Shown here: positions 24,354 through 38,500 of the stretch, piece by piece
Numbering within the stretch: position 1 is the first letter of the stretch
How the letters are laid out: each line of letters starts with the position of its first letter
DNA from: Spongospora subterranea f. sp. subterranea
Lineage: Eukaryota
NCBI GenBank assembly: GCA_049724395.1
Contig: JAUGWO010000097.1
Location: 124,001 to 188,000, forward strand
Reading direction: 5' to 3'
DNA: 64,000 nt
The notes under the pieces: generated by a model
What the model saw: only the letters and a program-made list of their open reading frames with translations
Told to the model about the DNA's origin: nothing
The model's database searches: none
Position numbers and translations under genes: made by a program

Positions 24354-25560
24354 TATCGATAATGAAATGACCGAATTACGTACGACGGTTCACTGTAAGT
24401 CCATCTGGGCCAATGGCGACAATATTCATCCGTTGACACTGAGAAGCGGAGGGGATTACCGACCAGTCATTTGCGTTACTGCCCGATCATGTTTAAGTTG
24501 GCGTTACGCCACGGAATGTTCTCAGGGAGTTACGGTTCAACAAGGAACGTCGCCACATTCGATACGTTTCTGCCTTAAACTGAATGGAAAACGCCAGTTT
24601 CTGCTGAAAACATTTACAGTTTAAGCAATGTTATAGCAGGGCGAAAGCTGCTGTAAGGCCTTTGCATGGCCGGTTAAAGGTTTCGCCCGAGAAAAACCTG
24701 CATCGACCACCAGTTCAGGCAACATATCGTAGTTGACATTATGTCGTGGAACCACCAGGACAACACGAAATACTTGTTGGCAATCGTTGAAAATCCGTGA
24801 TTATGTAATACAGGCCTTTTTGTTCCATGATCGTGTGTGCAGCAGTCGAATATTGTTGGAAAGGAAAGCCCATCATATTGGTGCCTTAACAACAAGGCGT
24901 ATGCTGGATTGAACTCCGGTAATATATCAACTATTTTGTGCATATATATCTTCAGTCGCATTTTAACCTTATGAGTACTTGAATGATATTGTTGTATTTG
25001 GCCAAACAATATTCTACCTCAGTTCCGCTTTCTCTAGTCGCTTTGGTTCGTAAATGCGTACTATACCTACCTAGCATTTGAATGAATAAACCAATTGACA
25101 TCATTAGCATCAGCATCATTCATCTCATTGCTTACCTTACAAATATTCTGATATATTTGCTACATCATATATTTTGCATGAGCTATTTCAAGATTTTAGT
25201 TTGTCAATAAAAGTACACGAGCCGTACCACATGTAGTATAAATATATGATTTGGAACAATGGCGATTACATAACAGGCCCAAACACGAGAAAAGCGATAC
25301 AATTAAATCGTTAATTTCCCTGTATTTTATCGAATATATAAACCGGCAAGGTAAATCTCTCTCTTTGTGGTCAACCCTAGGAATCCATTTCCAACTTCGA
25401 ATCTTGATGCCTGCTTTTTTCCTTCCTTAATCACAGTGGTTGAATCTCAAAGTAGTAAACTTACAATCGTGGATGGTGATTAAAATCCCGCCACGACGAT
25501 CGGTAGTATGATGACTCGTCAATCAATCTGCCGATCAATCAATGTGGATCAAAGTCCACG

Positions 25561-26691
25561 TTGACCTGTCATTCATATTTAACAGTACGGGCACCATCAC
25601 CTGGATCCCCATTAATCAATATCGTAAGCGGTTCTAATCAAGGATGCAATGGCCAGGCATCTCATCCTCCCGTTATCACAAACATGATTGCTGGGCGTCG
25701 CCAGGATCGGACCACGGCAAGCGCGGCGTCAACATCTAATGATGGCGCTATCGGTATCTCGGGCCATACGATTGAGGGTGGAGATCATATGGCAATAACA
25801 ACCGATTCCATTCTGGGAACTCTGTCAACGAAGGGGATGTCACTGGATCAGGATTCTGGCGTCAACGATAGCTTCGGTCATAGCAGCGTTAGGATGTACA
25901 ACAATGATTGCATCCTAGGGGTGCTGTCAACGCAGGATACGGATGGGGTGCTGTCAACGCAGGATACGGATGGGGTGCTGTCAACGCAGGATGCGGATGC
26001 AGACCTGATCGACATTGCAATTGATGCCCCAGATTTCGATCGGAACGACACACCTCTTGGTCGGAACAACGACGATCACGACAAACAGCATTCAGATCGT
26101 GTCCCAACATCGCCAAAACAGCACGATATCGAAACGCGGGACAGTGCGGATCGTCAGGATGATGCTCAAAACATCAGGATAGAGAAACGCGAGAACGCCT
26201 TCGTGTCTGTATCCGGTCAAGTTGACAGTGCCAACCAATTACCGCCGATAGTTCCCGCTGATGAGAATCATCATGCCGACATATTGATGGATGCGATTCC
26301 GTTGCCACCATATCCTACAGAGTGGCCATGGAAATCTTTAATTCGGCCAACAATGCGGAAGCGAGTGTATTCCGATACCGTCGTGGTTGCGATGAACGAC
26401 GAGCCCGATCGTCATCACCCAAGAACCCGAGCGGTATCCGCTGACGGCGTTCGATACAATCCAGAGGCGGTCATGGTGAACACCAAAGGAGTCGAGGGAC
26501 AGGACCAGAATACGGCGACAGCGTCCAAACCTGTGGCTTCCGAACGCGGTAGTATTGCATTGGAAAAGGAGGGAGCCCACGTAGATAAGGGCGACAATCA
26601 TCCCAATGGTATATATTCGTGTATTTATATCGTGAAGCAGTATTGGGAAAAAGCCAGGCGTTGCATCTACCGGGATAACCTCCCGAAATAA
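25561..26691 (+). CDS. Hypothetical low-complexity D/S/T-rich protein with internal 27-bp repeats
   Basis: 376-codon ORF with no recognisable domain. The start is probably a downstream ATG (e.g. 25684). Confidence 0.5.
   Translation: MTCHSYLTVRAPSPGSPLINIVSGSNQGCNGQASHPPVITNMIAGRRQDRTTASAASTSNDGAIGISGHTIEGGDHMAITTDSILGTLSTKGMSLDQDSGVNDSFGHSSVRMYNNDCILGVLSTQDTDGVLSTQDTDGVLSTQDADADLIDIAIDAPDFDRNDTPLGRNNDDHDKQHSDRVPTSPKQHDIETRDSADRQDDAQNIRIEKRENAFVSVSGQVDSANQLPPIVPADENHHADILMDAIPLPPYPTEWPWKSLIRPTMRKRVYSDTVVVAMNDEPDRHHPRTRAVSADGVRYNPEAVMVNTKGVEGQDQNTATASKPVASERGSIALEKEGAHVDKGDNHPNGIYSCIYIVKQYWEKARRCIYRDNLPK
25918..25998 (+). repeat. 3 x 27-bp in-frame repeat (GVLSTQD[T/A]D)
   Basis: ggggtgctgtcaacgcaggat[a/g]cggat occurs three times. 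Confidence 0.95.
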
Positions 26692-26947
26692 CCCAGTAAT
26701 ATTTTTAGCGGGACGTGATGGTGGACCGGTATCTGTAACGCCAACACCTTGTCGTCGCAATATGTATCGTGGACTTGTATCTGTAATAAACCACTGCACA
26801 GTCTAACGCCAGCCAATCTGGTCTGGTATATCAGTGCGCCAAATTTTGATGATGGCCAGAACCCATTCCGCAGCGATCATCTCCAAATCTAACACCTGTG
26901 GGCGACGATCGACAACTGGTACAGGTCGTGTGTCATTAGTGGCAGTT

Positions 26948-27886
26948 ATGAATTCATTCACGACGTCTGGCGGCTCTACAGAGTTTCAATGCTACGAGGA
27001 TTATTTAGACGATCAGATCACAGAGAAGGACATCCTCTATTTGCAGGTACGATTGCGGCAACTCGAGCACCGTCATCCGCACCGATGTGTGATGGTGCAG
27101 GATATCACCCTGGCCAGGAGTCTGGTCGAGCTGGGATATCGGGGCCATGGCGACATGATGAAGCGCGCCGAGTTCCAGGCGCACCTGCAGCAGCTGGAGG
27201 AGATGAAGAGGCCCGTCCAGAAGGCGGGCAACCAGCTTCTCAGCAGTCACGACAAGGATCTGTCCAAGCATCCTCTGCTGAAAGCCCTGGCGGAACGCGA
27301 GGAGGACGTCCGCAACGGAAAGCTAACGGTAAACCGTTGGCGGTTTATGACCTGAATGCGCCTGCCCACAATCAAAATAGTCGATTATTTTCATTCGCGA
27401 TTATAATAGCCGAGGGCAAGAGATCAGCGGATTCATTGACTATTCCGATCGGTTAAAACGTGAGAACTTTGCCCCGTATTTCGAACTGAAAAAGCGCCTT
27501 TTACCTCGCCCGTCGGATCTCAGCTTTTATAATTGGGACACACAGACTGCGATTTCGACACCGAATTCCAACTTTCAGGTGGAGATTTGCTAATCCGTTA
27601 TACGATATCGGGTACTGAAACAGGGACCGCAGGTGATCGCCGATCAGTGTGATGGATTGATGTTCAAGAACAACCGCGATAGAAAGGTGATCAATGTCGA
27701 CCCAAAGGTGAACTGACGTGGCCAATGTTTTTTCGGTCGTTTGTTCATATGCGGCGCTTGGCAACTGACATTGATCGGGGGTTCACCCAGGGCTATACAG
27801 GGGATAACTCGTCGCGGATCGAGCTGAAAACCGACGAATATACGCAAGTTGTCATATACGATCATCTAACTAGGCGAAAGAGCTGA
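26948..27886 (+). CDS. CFAP299: Cilia- and flagella-associated protein 299 (C4orf22/DUF4464 family); multi-exon
   Basis: [86 protein letters not shown] and a C-terminal [12 protein letters not shown]. Confidence 0.88.
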
Positions 27887-27933
27887 GAGAAAGCCATCGA
27901 GACCGACTACCATCGTCGGTCCTGAAATAAAAA

Positions 27934-28652
27934 TCAATCGCCGTCTGCGACAACACATGTTGAACAACTTAGTCGTATATTAGAAATCGAAATCGTCAAA
28001 TTGAATGGTTTGTTGGCGGTGAAATCCGGCGGCGATCCGATGCGAAATTTCCGGTTCTTCCGAATATGTTTTTGAAAATTCCACTGGTTTACTGATCCTG
28101 TGCCGACGCAGTAAATACGTAATTTGTCAAATTTCGTGATTGCAATCAGCCTGTACCTCTTCTCGTGTTTTCTCATCAGTTTATTCAATGAAGAAATCAT
28201 TGGGGTGATGTTGAAGTATTTGGCGTCTTCAAGTAGCGATCGATATAAATACATATACTTGGGCCCCTCAGGGACCTGAAATGATTTTCGTCAACGGTCA
28301 TTCGCGAGGTTCTGTGGACACATATTCGGGAGACGATCGCTTACAAAAAGGGTTCTGGTTCGTAGATATTGGAGAACTACCCGGAACAATCGGGGATCTC
28401 GGTCAACGAAAAGCACATCTTCTTCGAGAAATCGGCCCGAGAGCTGATGAGCAAAATACGTGTCTGTGGCCATTGCCTTAGGTATCGCTTTGTGATTTTG
28501 TCGAATTTACCAGGAATATCTGTCAACGTGCCAAGACAGGCGCTGAACCGTTGACCACCAACATCCAATTGGACGACCTGATTGCGGTCAACGGCTATGC
28601 TCTCCGACCTCCATCGTGGCTGATTCCGGAAATCCTCCAGGGACATGGACAT
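27934..28652 (-). CDS. BTB/POZ (KCTD-type T1) domain protein; multi-exon
   Basis: VVQLDVGGQRFSACLGTL..P|DTYFAHQLSGRF...LFVDRDPRLFRVVLQYLRT...LLEDAKYFNI. Confidence 0.85.
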
Positions 28653-31600
28653 TGAGGCGGGGGGCGAGAGAGAGAGAGAGGATTATCGATCCTGGTCGCG
28701 AAAATACACAGGATCCTGCAGCTGATGGGGCCAGTACCGAGATGTTGTTTTTGTGAAGCCAAGCGCGAGATCTGGCGGGCGCGACGATCCAGAACAACGA
28801 ATGGTCCTGATGATGGATTGCGATCAGGGGCGATCGGTTATAGCAGACAGTCACTTGGGCCTTATTCGGGACACAGATAGACCCGCAGGATCATGACCAG
28901 ATCTCGCACCGATCGCCACACCGCAATGCAGGCCTCGGAAACCTGATTGGCCGGGAGCAGGAGGGCGCTCAGGGTTCGGCAGCACTGGCCGAACGCGGTC
29001 TCGCCATTGTTCACTGGTGTTTGTCGAAACTTTGACAACAACATGGTTTTCTCTGCTGATCTCGCCATTAGGGCAACGATCGCCAGAGACCTCGGTGGGT
29101 TTATCGAACCAGGCCGCCGCGCTGTTCCATTGTTTTTGTCTGGAGAAGTTGGGCAACGCGTTCGTGGAGGATGGAGAACTCGATGGGGATCCGTGTTTCT
29201 TTGCGACACACTAGTGGAATAGGGTCAATTGGACTCTCACGAACAATGACGGTTTCTGTAGCAGATTCGCCATGATGTATCGGCCGAGTCGTGCATCGGC
29301 TTTTGGCAACTGACCCGCTGCTCGATCCGATGCGGGAAAACATCAAAGAATTTGTTTTGGCAAAGAATTGGTCACATTCGGTGTCCATAATCCAGCAATA
29401 ATATCAACCAATCTCGTCCTGAATCGATGTCGGTGCGGTAATTGGGCAGTTTGCTACAGTTGAGACATTCCAAGAGACAAAGAGGATGACGTAGTGTTTC
29501 CGACGATTATTCAAAGGGCCATGGTTTTTGTGAAGCCTTGTCGATGAGACCGTATCTTAAGGGTCGGTCGTCGTCCCTGATCATCAATACCCCCACATGG
29601 GCCGGTCGGCGGTGAGAGAGATCATAAGGATGGCACGAGAATCCACAGTCAGGTCCCCATCCTCCAGCACAATGTCGGAATCAAGAACCGCGATCGCTTT
29701 CACACCCAGGCAGGTCGAGCGTCGTTTAAAGCGGCAAAGTGACTGTCATTGTTTTGCGGGTCTTGATTCAACCTTGTGCCAAAGCATTCCTTGCCATTTC
29801 TCATGACTGATCCCGTTGGGGTTTTCACGAATAGCGACTGGAAAGATCGGTTTCGCATCCGACATTAATCCGCATCGGAATTAGCGATGCGGTTAACAGC
29901 AAACCATGCATTCCTGGTTTATAGACCATACCCCTAATGTGACCAATTTTTCCCCACCCGCAGCGGATCGAACAGCGAATCAGTGCCAAAAGCCAATGCA
30001 CGAGTCGGCAAATAGATCTTTGCGAAAACCAAAGCATTCCTTCAGACTGGAAAACGTTCAATGTCCAAACGATCTTAACGCTATCGAATCAAGTCAACGT
30101 TGCTGGTGTTAGGGGTGTGCAAGGCGGCGCTGGTAGCTCATTATGGACCTATGGCCCGACGATGTTATACGCCAACACCTCAAACCAGCGTGCATTCGTG
30201 TCGATAGAGCGGGAACCTGGTAATGGGCAGCATCTCACTTAATGAGTGAGGAAATCGGCCATACAGACTGGACACCGACATGGCGTATTCCCGTACTCGC
30301 TCCCATACGACCATATTGTCTCCTATCAGCAAAAGATCGGTCGTATAGCGCGTCCCCTTCATCCTCCAACGAACCATAGCAGTGTTGGGATCAACAACTG
30401 CTATGGTTCGCGTCAGCTGCCGTGATATCTCTGGCCTTTCTCGGCGCCATCCCAACAGCTTAACATCAGCTTTGGGACCTAATTACTTCCAGAACATTTC
30501 GTGGCCAAAAACCTGTGTAGGATCCGATGCATTCCATAGCGACCGGTACTCGTTGCCTAAAATAGTAGATTGTCGCTGATCACAACACTGAATCTTCCTA
30601 AACGGGTTTCATTTTTTCGCCAATGACGTTTCAGGTCTGTAGGGCTGCGGTTGCAAGTGTTCACCTTTGTTTGAATCTCGAACTAGAGCAATGTCTGTTT
30701 TCTTGACACAAACCAGGAAAACATCTTCTAATTTATATTCGGACAGCACTTGCCATAAGTGCACTGGCCTTGATGACCCAAAGAAACAACTCGAAATGAC
30801 TTTCGTGGAGAACCCGTTCTCCAGCATGAGATGACTGTGTATGTCTATAAATGCCTTGCAATCAATCATTGAGCGATCATTGGCCGATCACAATATCGGA
30901 TTTCCTCGCTTTTTTCAACATCTCTCGGGCACTAAACAGTCGGATCGGGTCGCATCATCTGTTGTTTTCAGACGACTCTCTCGGTTTGGGTTTTGTGCAC
31001 GGCAGCGACTGATTGGGATGTCTGGTGGGACATGGAGACGGCAATATGGGAAATATCTGAGACCAAAAAGGCAACGACAATACTGAAATCCTGGTCGACT
31101 GGAGTGACGCGAGTCGTTTGTCGTATAAACCAATTTATCATTAGCATAGTTCTTGCCTGACAGGATTTATCGGTTGATCTGGCCGTTGATCGCTATGCTG
31201 ATTCAGAACAGCTTGGTCGCCCTGGTGTACGTTGCCCAAGACGCCTTCGCCGCAGGCACGATCTTCAGCGTCAGCTGGATCATAGATTTTAGTTTGTACT
31301 TGATGCGGCATCTTCAGGCCCATGACGTTTATCTCAGAAATGAGGTTGCTCAAGCGCAAGTTGATGGTCGAGACGGCACAGTTTGATTTTATTTATCAGA
31401 ATTTACTGAATAATGCAACTTAGATTGTGGCACTGACGAAAACCTCCCACAGTTCGTCATCCATGACCAGGACGGACTGTCGCCTCACTTACAAAACAAG
31501 ACCATTTCGACTCATATAGTTCACAAGACGGTGATTAGGCAAGGAGTAGGGTCTGTAGATCTTACATTAGGCTGTTCGAACATTGTCGCGGGATTCCAGT

Positions 31601-31802
31601 ACGCTAAGGATTCCGACGACGTGAAACCGGTAATACCAGCAGCACGTCAATGTGACGCTGTCTAACCTAGCCGGCCATTAGCTCCCACCTAAAGCAAACC
31701 GCCCTCCAGCAGTCGCTCGTTGTTCCTGTTGATCTCGTCTTCTGCCATCATCCTCAGGGCCATCACAATGCAGTTGTATAATAAAGAGGGAACCCCCTTA
31801 CT

Positions 31803-31985
31803 GGAGTTGGGCAAGTCACTGTAGTGAAAGCCAGCACGTGACACGTTAGTAACCAATTAACGGCCATCAGTCAGTATCATGAGTTGGGCAAGTGACTGGC
31901 GCAAGAGCCAGCATGTGGAGTTGTGCAAGTGACTGAAGTGAGAGCCAGCACGTAACCCAATCAACGGCCATCAGTCAGTATCATG
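31803..31985. repeat. Imperfect local duplications (gagttgggcaagtgact...agccagca x3; aacggccatcagtcagtatcatg x2)
   Basis: Direct reading of the repeated blocks. Confidence 0.75.
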
Positions 31986-32489
31986 CAGATTTTGGCTCAT
32001 GAAGGTGTCGTGGGAAGGGTGTTTGTGGTACGGTATTGCCATAAATCAGAGCGAATTCAAACTGAACATGATGGTACCTGAACCCGGCACGGCGGATCGG
32101 GATCGACATGAGTTGACCTGCAGACCATCCATTGCCCGAAGTTTCTTATATACCTACAGCTTTTGATTTGCCAAGACCATGGTCCCAAAGTAGAAGGCTG
32201 ATTTCAGCAAGTTGAGACTGTTTCAGCTTTTGGACTGCATACCGGTGATGGCGCACACATATGATGTCGCCCAGTTCAGACGGAACTTTCTGGTCAGGCT
32301 TTCGCAACTCTTTCAGCCAAGTTTATCATCAATAGTGTGCGTGGGCTTCTTGGATTGCTTGGAATAGTTGACAGCACCATCTCAGCTGGCGACAAATGGC
32401 CAGTTGGAAACCTGATCTGTATCAGGAATGGACAACTATTTTATGATCAGCAGAGGCAGTTTGCAGGGAGAAACCTATCGATCTAGAAT

Positions 32490-33414
32490 TGTCATCTTTG
32501 GGTCCAAGGGCAAGAGCATCTCACCGCTGCTAGACGATTCGCTTTGAGAAACTTGCATTGCACTGCAAGAACGTTGTCAGTGAGATACGTCGTACCTGAT
32601 ATCTCGAACCCGCATCGGCGCGAAGAGACAGGAAGCACTGCGTAAAGACATTGAGCGCGCATTCGGCGTATGCAATCGCCCTTTGCGATGTCGATATTAA
32701 CAACCCCTTGCCGGCTTCTCGATAGATCGTTATCACGAAAAATTCTGCACCATGTTTCACTACATACTATTTGAAAATGGTAAAGGATTGCAAGGAGAGT
32801 TGCCATGATCCACGTGCACTCGAATCGCAGGAGGCTGTCTTCTCGGAACTTGTACGAATTACCGCACTTGTCTAAAAGGGTAGAAGGATTGTTTTAAGAG
32901 GTATTTTTCTTCTTGGTTTCTATAACGCGGTCCTCACAACTTGAATGACCTGAAAATGCTCAAGCGTAGCCAGATTGCAAAATTAGCCTATCAGAGGTGG
33001 GCGCCAATGTCAAAGACGTGGTGCTAGTCTTTTCTTAACCATAGCTTTAAGAGCTTCGTGCTGCTGGCAACAAAAGCAACTTGTCATTGACAGCTCAGAT
33101 CCATCTCTGAATGACAATTATGAACGTAAAAGACCGTCGAGCAATACTATTTATTTTCACAAACGGCGCTAGGACGGTCGAAATACGATCTGGTGTATCT
33201 GACCTTCGTACACGATGTATTCATCCCGTTGTGTGAGAATTGGCGTCGGCAGGTTCTGTCTATACTTGATCCATTTTGACGCCTCGTACTTGCAATGTGC
33301 TTCATTGAGTCTTGAGCAAACACCTTGCAGAGGGAATGGACAGCGACAAACACCCCAATCGTTAGCGAATGCGGCCACAATCGCGAGCACTTCGTCTGGC
33401 AGTTGGTCAATCAT
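32490..33414 (-). pseudogene. Possible decayed F-box-like gene
   Basis: The N-terminus MIDQLPDEVLAIVAAF...LQGVCSRL resembles an F-box. I could not build an uninterrupted spliced continuation. Confidence 0.3.
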
Positions 33415-35594
33415 GTTTGGGAGATCAATAAGACAATGACCAGCCAGGTATCAGTTCTGCCTTTGACTGTTCGCAGAAATAACGGCCGACCCATGGCCCA
33501 TGAGATGATCGGTCGACATGAGACGACTTAGCTGGGTGAATTGTTTGGCCGAGTTGCCACGAAATATGTGTGTGATCTATATTTATATCTCGTCTCCTAA
33601 TATTAATAATGAAAGTTAGTTCAACAACATATCCGTTACCGTCATTGTGCTTTGAGTCGAACACTAGATCAAGAGGATAACAGCGCAAACCCGAAAGGAA
33701 ATAGAGTACAGACAAGAGCACATTTGGCTACAGTATGTGCAGTCTATGCCTGCAACATGAAATCAACAACAATTTATTAAGAACACTAAGAGAATAGTCA
33801 TAGAGAAGAGAAAATGACATAAAGAATAGAAAAAGCTTATCCATTTACTATAACGATTGTGTCATCCACCGTCACTGTTGAGACCAAGGAAGTTGTTTCC
33901 GTTGCAAACACAAAATTCACGCAGCGTCATCAAGAATTTGACAGAATGGAACATTGATGGAGTATTTGGACCCGTTTGTTCATGTTCACTGTATCTATTG
34001 TACAATTGTTCGATGATGTCATTGAAACAAGTGTTTTCATCACCAGCGATTGGAGCGTCATGGCCCTTGGCAATGCTTCGCTCGGTCCACCGTAGCACTA
34101 AAACCGTTCCATTAAACAGGTGATCGTCGTTCACTCACTACCATCTTCAGCCGTTTTCTTCATGAAAGTCGGCCAGTTGGGGTAAACGCTGTCCATCAGA
34201 AGATATGACATGTCAGAATCAATTTCGATAAGAGATGAACTATGTTGTGTTTTCAGCTTTGACAAGCGCATTGAAACGAGGCATTCCCTGGACGCCAATG
34301 GGGAACCGTTCGCAGTTCGATGCATCAACGGTCGTCATCTGGGACAGTGCCAAGGATGTCGCTGCCTGTAAATTAAAGAAGGGTATCATTTCTGTATCAT
34401 CGCTCCAAACTGGTCAACACGAGCCTCAGATACTTCAACTTCTGCGTCGTCATGTTTCTGGCTGACTATGATATTTTGGCGTCTGGACCTCGGGTTTAGT
34501 TAGATCGCAAGTCATTCCACTACGGGACTGACTAGAAACTCGCAACACGTCCTCGAAGGCGAAAGAGGTCTCTTTCGGTACGATTCCCTATGAAGAACGA
34601 GCGCCGTGGACGTGATGTCGTCGTCATTGGCCTCTTTCATTTCTTTCACTGCTGCAATAAACTCCAACGAAACAGCCCTCTTCCTCATGTGGCCCCAAAG
34701 GCTGAATCCTGACCAAAATTCAGCCATGACCAGGTCAGCTTCCTCGGAGAAAGATAAAAGTCCACGTTGACGCTTTTCTGATGCGTTTGGTGACTGCTGT
34801 ACTGTATGGGGCAACGGAAACCCGAGGAAGCTCTTGCTGCTGTGTTTGAATCGTACAAAAATTTGAGTACTGGATATCCATGCAGTCCACAAAATAAATT
34901 CGAAAAGACGAATTTTTTGCGGAGCTCACTGGACACGAACTACATACCGCCACATTAATCATGTGATCGACACAAGAAAACTTTCCATGTCTTCTGTTTC
35001 AGATGGAAGGTGTCTCTTTCGCTCAGTAGAACTTCATCATAGACACTGGTGTTAGTAGGCAACAATTTCTCAAAAATTATGTAGTTGATGCTGATGATGT
35101 TCTTTGAATTTAATTCAATAAATGGGGGCAACAAATACTACCTGGAAGAGGTTGTTTATGGGCTCTTGCATTGCAAAAATCATCACCCATTTGACCAGCT
35201 CTCCACGTCAAAATTTGTGAAAGCGCCTCGATCACAATAGTACAGGAAGGTTAGCGTCACAAACCACCAACATAGATGCACCTCTCGTGTTTCCTTACTC
35301 TTACGAAAACAACCTTAGTCTCCACTTGAAAAGACCCCAATTTGATGGCGCTTTGTTACTGGAAAACTGCGGAGCGCGAAAAAAAAAATCAAAGCTCGAC
35401 TGTTGGGGAACCAAAGGGTTTCTGACTGGGCTGTCCAGACTTGAGCGCCAGAAATGACATTACACATGGGAAACAATACAAAATTTGCGTACGGACAAAG
35501 ATGGCGGATACGGCTCGCTAGGAGTGGCGATGTGCAATCGCATTACTGTAGGTATCTAGACAGGGTACGTCGCTCGCATTGTCAAACAAGACCA

Positions 35595-38500
35595 ATGTTC
35601 AGTAGGGCATTGGTATTTGCGGGTGTGAACGGCAAATATTTTCAAAACAGCCTATGGCCATCGGTTTTCGTCTTGATTGTAATATTAGCTTCAGCGACTT
35701 CGTACGCTGAAAGCGGTGTAACTACCAAAACGTTTGTCTAATGATGCTCGTATATTTTGACATCTGGTCATCAACTGATGTTTACAGGTGCGCCCATGCT
35801 TTACTATACTGTCTCAATGATGGAATAATGGCTGAGGAAGACTGTCTCGCAACAGTACCCTTCGAAGCTGCCAAATACGGGATGATGGCTAGATGCTCCT
35901 GCACTGATGCTTTTTCGGGTATATAACTGTGTAATTGAACAGAGGGTTTAATGACGTTGCTGTTTTTCAGGCTCTAACTGCTCAATACCGGTCTCAAAGA
36001 GAATTTGTGGGCCATCAAAATTTTTGGATTCCAGTTTTACTACCATGAATGGGCCCCAGCAAATTGAATGTCAAATAAAGAGGCCGGACGCACCAGAGCC
36101 AAGGTCCAACTTGTTGGTCAGCGAGATTCAATCCCTTCGCGATCATTCTGTTCAGATGGTTGTTGATTGGCTTTCCGGTACACTTAAATTGAGCATTACT
36201 TCTCGAATTCAGGAGCCGGGCAGCGGCACAGTTACAAGGATCTTCAATGGAATCGCTAACAGATCTCCCAATTGGCTCGTCACGAGGTTAAGAAACGCGA
36301 TACAAAGTGTGCAATCTCCGAGAGCAATTCAAAATATTTTTTCAAGCGCAAGGAACAGGATTCCAAATCAGAAACAGCCTCCATACGGACCCGTTGTGGT
36401 TATTGCGTCGTGCGATTGGAAAGAGTGCGTCCTTACGGGCAACGAAGCCGTTTGTGAAAGTGTCCAGTGCTTCGATGTCAAAGGACGATCGTCATTCGAA
36501 GCGTTGAATGCAGCGTTACAAGAATCCGCGACTCTCAGAATCAAATTGGATACCTCTTCCATTGAGTTGTCAGACCTATTTACTCTGAACGCTTGTGAAG
36601 CAGGGACCTGCTTCGACAAACCACTTAAATGCCAAGGAATTTTCTCGCTTACAGTGCTAGCTCCGCTCTTCGCTACATTCTTGCTTGCTACAGTACTTAT
36701 CTTGGTATTCTTTGTTCACAGAGAAGTGCATCATCCGCCTTCCGCTATTGTTGCTGCCAAAAATTCAAAAGAAAAAAGCAAGGGAAAGACTATTTACAGC
36801 AGCAAAACCAAGTCTGGTGCTAACAAAGGCCAATTTCCTATTGGGCTTGCATGGTACAACATTTCATTTTCTCTGCCGAGGTCAGGTCCTATATGGGCAA
36901 CAAAGAGGCCACCTGTGTCAACGATTCTTCACAATTGCTCCGGTGTTGTTCGCTCTGGAGAGATGGTTGCTATTGTGGGTCCTTCTGGAGCGGGAAAGTC
37001 GACGCTATTAGATATTATTGCGGGCTTACATAAGAAGGTGCCATGCTGTGGTTCATATTTCTGTTGGCAAAAAAATGCTGATTTGGTTTTCAGGGTACTT
37101 TGATTGGCACTGTCAGCTTGACAGGACCAATGCGAAATGAGTTTCCGTTGTGTCACCTGTTGTCATATGTGGTACAAGCAGATCACAATTTGAGCGCCAT
37201 AACGGTGTGGGAAACTTTGCAGTTTAGTGCCAGAAGCAGGCTTCCTCGAAGCCTGTCGAACCGTGATATTCTGTCTCGAGTAATCAACATCCTGGAATTA
37301 GTTGGACTATCGCATGTAGCAACATCTATTGTCGGCACGCCGGAATGCGGTGGAATTAGCGGTGGGGAACGTCGCCGATTGGCAGTTGGAGGTTTGTTTT
37401 GGTTTTCTTCTCATCACTTCATTTTCACAGTTTCTCAGTTGAATTGATTGCCGAGCCAAGAGTTCTTCTGCTTGATGAGATAACATCTGGACTTGATTCA
37501 TTCTACGCTGCTTCCATGTTACGACTTCTCCGCAACATTGCTTCTCAAACAGGAATGGCGATTCTTCTGACTATTCATCAGCCTCCTGCCTCGGTATTCC
37601 CATTGTTCGACAGCATAATACTTATGGCAAATAACGGTCATACGGCGTACCAAGGTAGTACATTGTAATCAACATATGCCGCAATTCATTATCTGTTGTT
37701 AGGCCCACCTCAGTCTGCTCTGAATTTCGTTCAACAAATTCAAAACCCGGGATGCCCAGTTCCGCCAAGGGCAAATCCATTCGAGTATCTGATCAGCAGT
37801 CTTACCGGGTCGGATAATGATCAACTTCTTGAGTCGTATAGGAGTTCCATCGCATACTCGAACCTTATCACAGAAGTTGAATCTCTTACGTCGTCGGCTG
37901 AAAATGCATCAGTAACTCCTGGCGCTATTGGAAATGGAATTGCGGATCCGTCCACTCAAACGGCGGCTACTCACATTTCGCAAGAGGTGGGATCTCCCAG
38001 ATCGACAGCAGGTGCGGTTCCTGTTGCTGGTAACCCCTCTGCAAAGAAAAGCGGTGCAAGAGCACATCGGCAGCGCCTTTCTTATTGGGAGCAAATATGT
38101 CTTCTCACTCGTCGATCACTTCGCGTTGTCGCTCGTGATCCTGCACTATTGGTTCTTTATAATCTTGTGACTGTTGTGATCGCTCTTTTCTCTGGTTTTA
38201 CATTCTGGCTCCTTAATTTAGACGTCAGTGGCGTTCAAAACCGGATAGGGTTTGCATTCTGCTCCATTATTGTCCAGTCCTTATTATCGTTGACGTCCAT
38301 CGATCTATTTGTAACAGAACGTATATTATTTGAACGCGAAACTCGCGCTGGTTGCTATTCTGCTCTTCCCTACTTCATTTCAAAACTTGTTGTTGATGTT
38401 ATCCCTTTTCGGATTATTCCATCTCTCTTGTTTTCATGCATCACTTACTATATGGCTGGCCTACAACCTGACATCATTCATTTCTTCATATTCACCGGGA

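Noticed and set aside
24674..25009. 111-aa ORF upstream of the LEA-like gene
   Set aside because: It has no ATG start or recognisable motif; it may be decayed coding sequence but cannot be supported.
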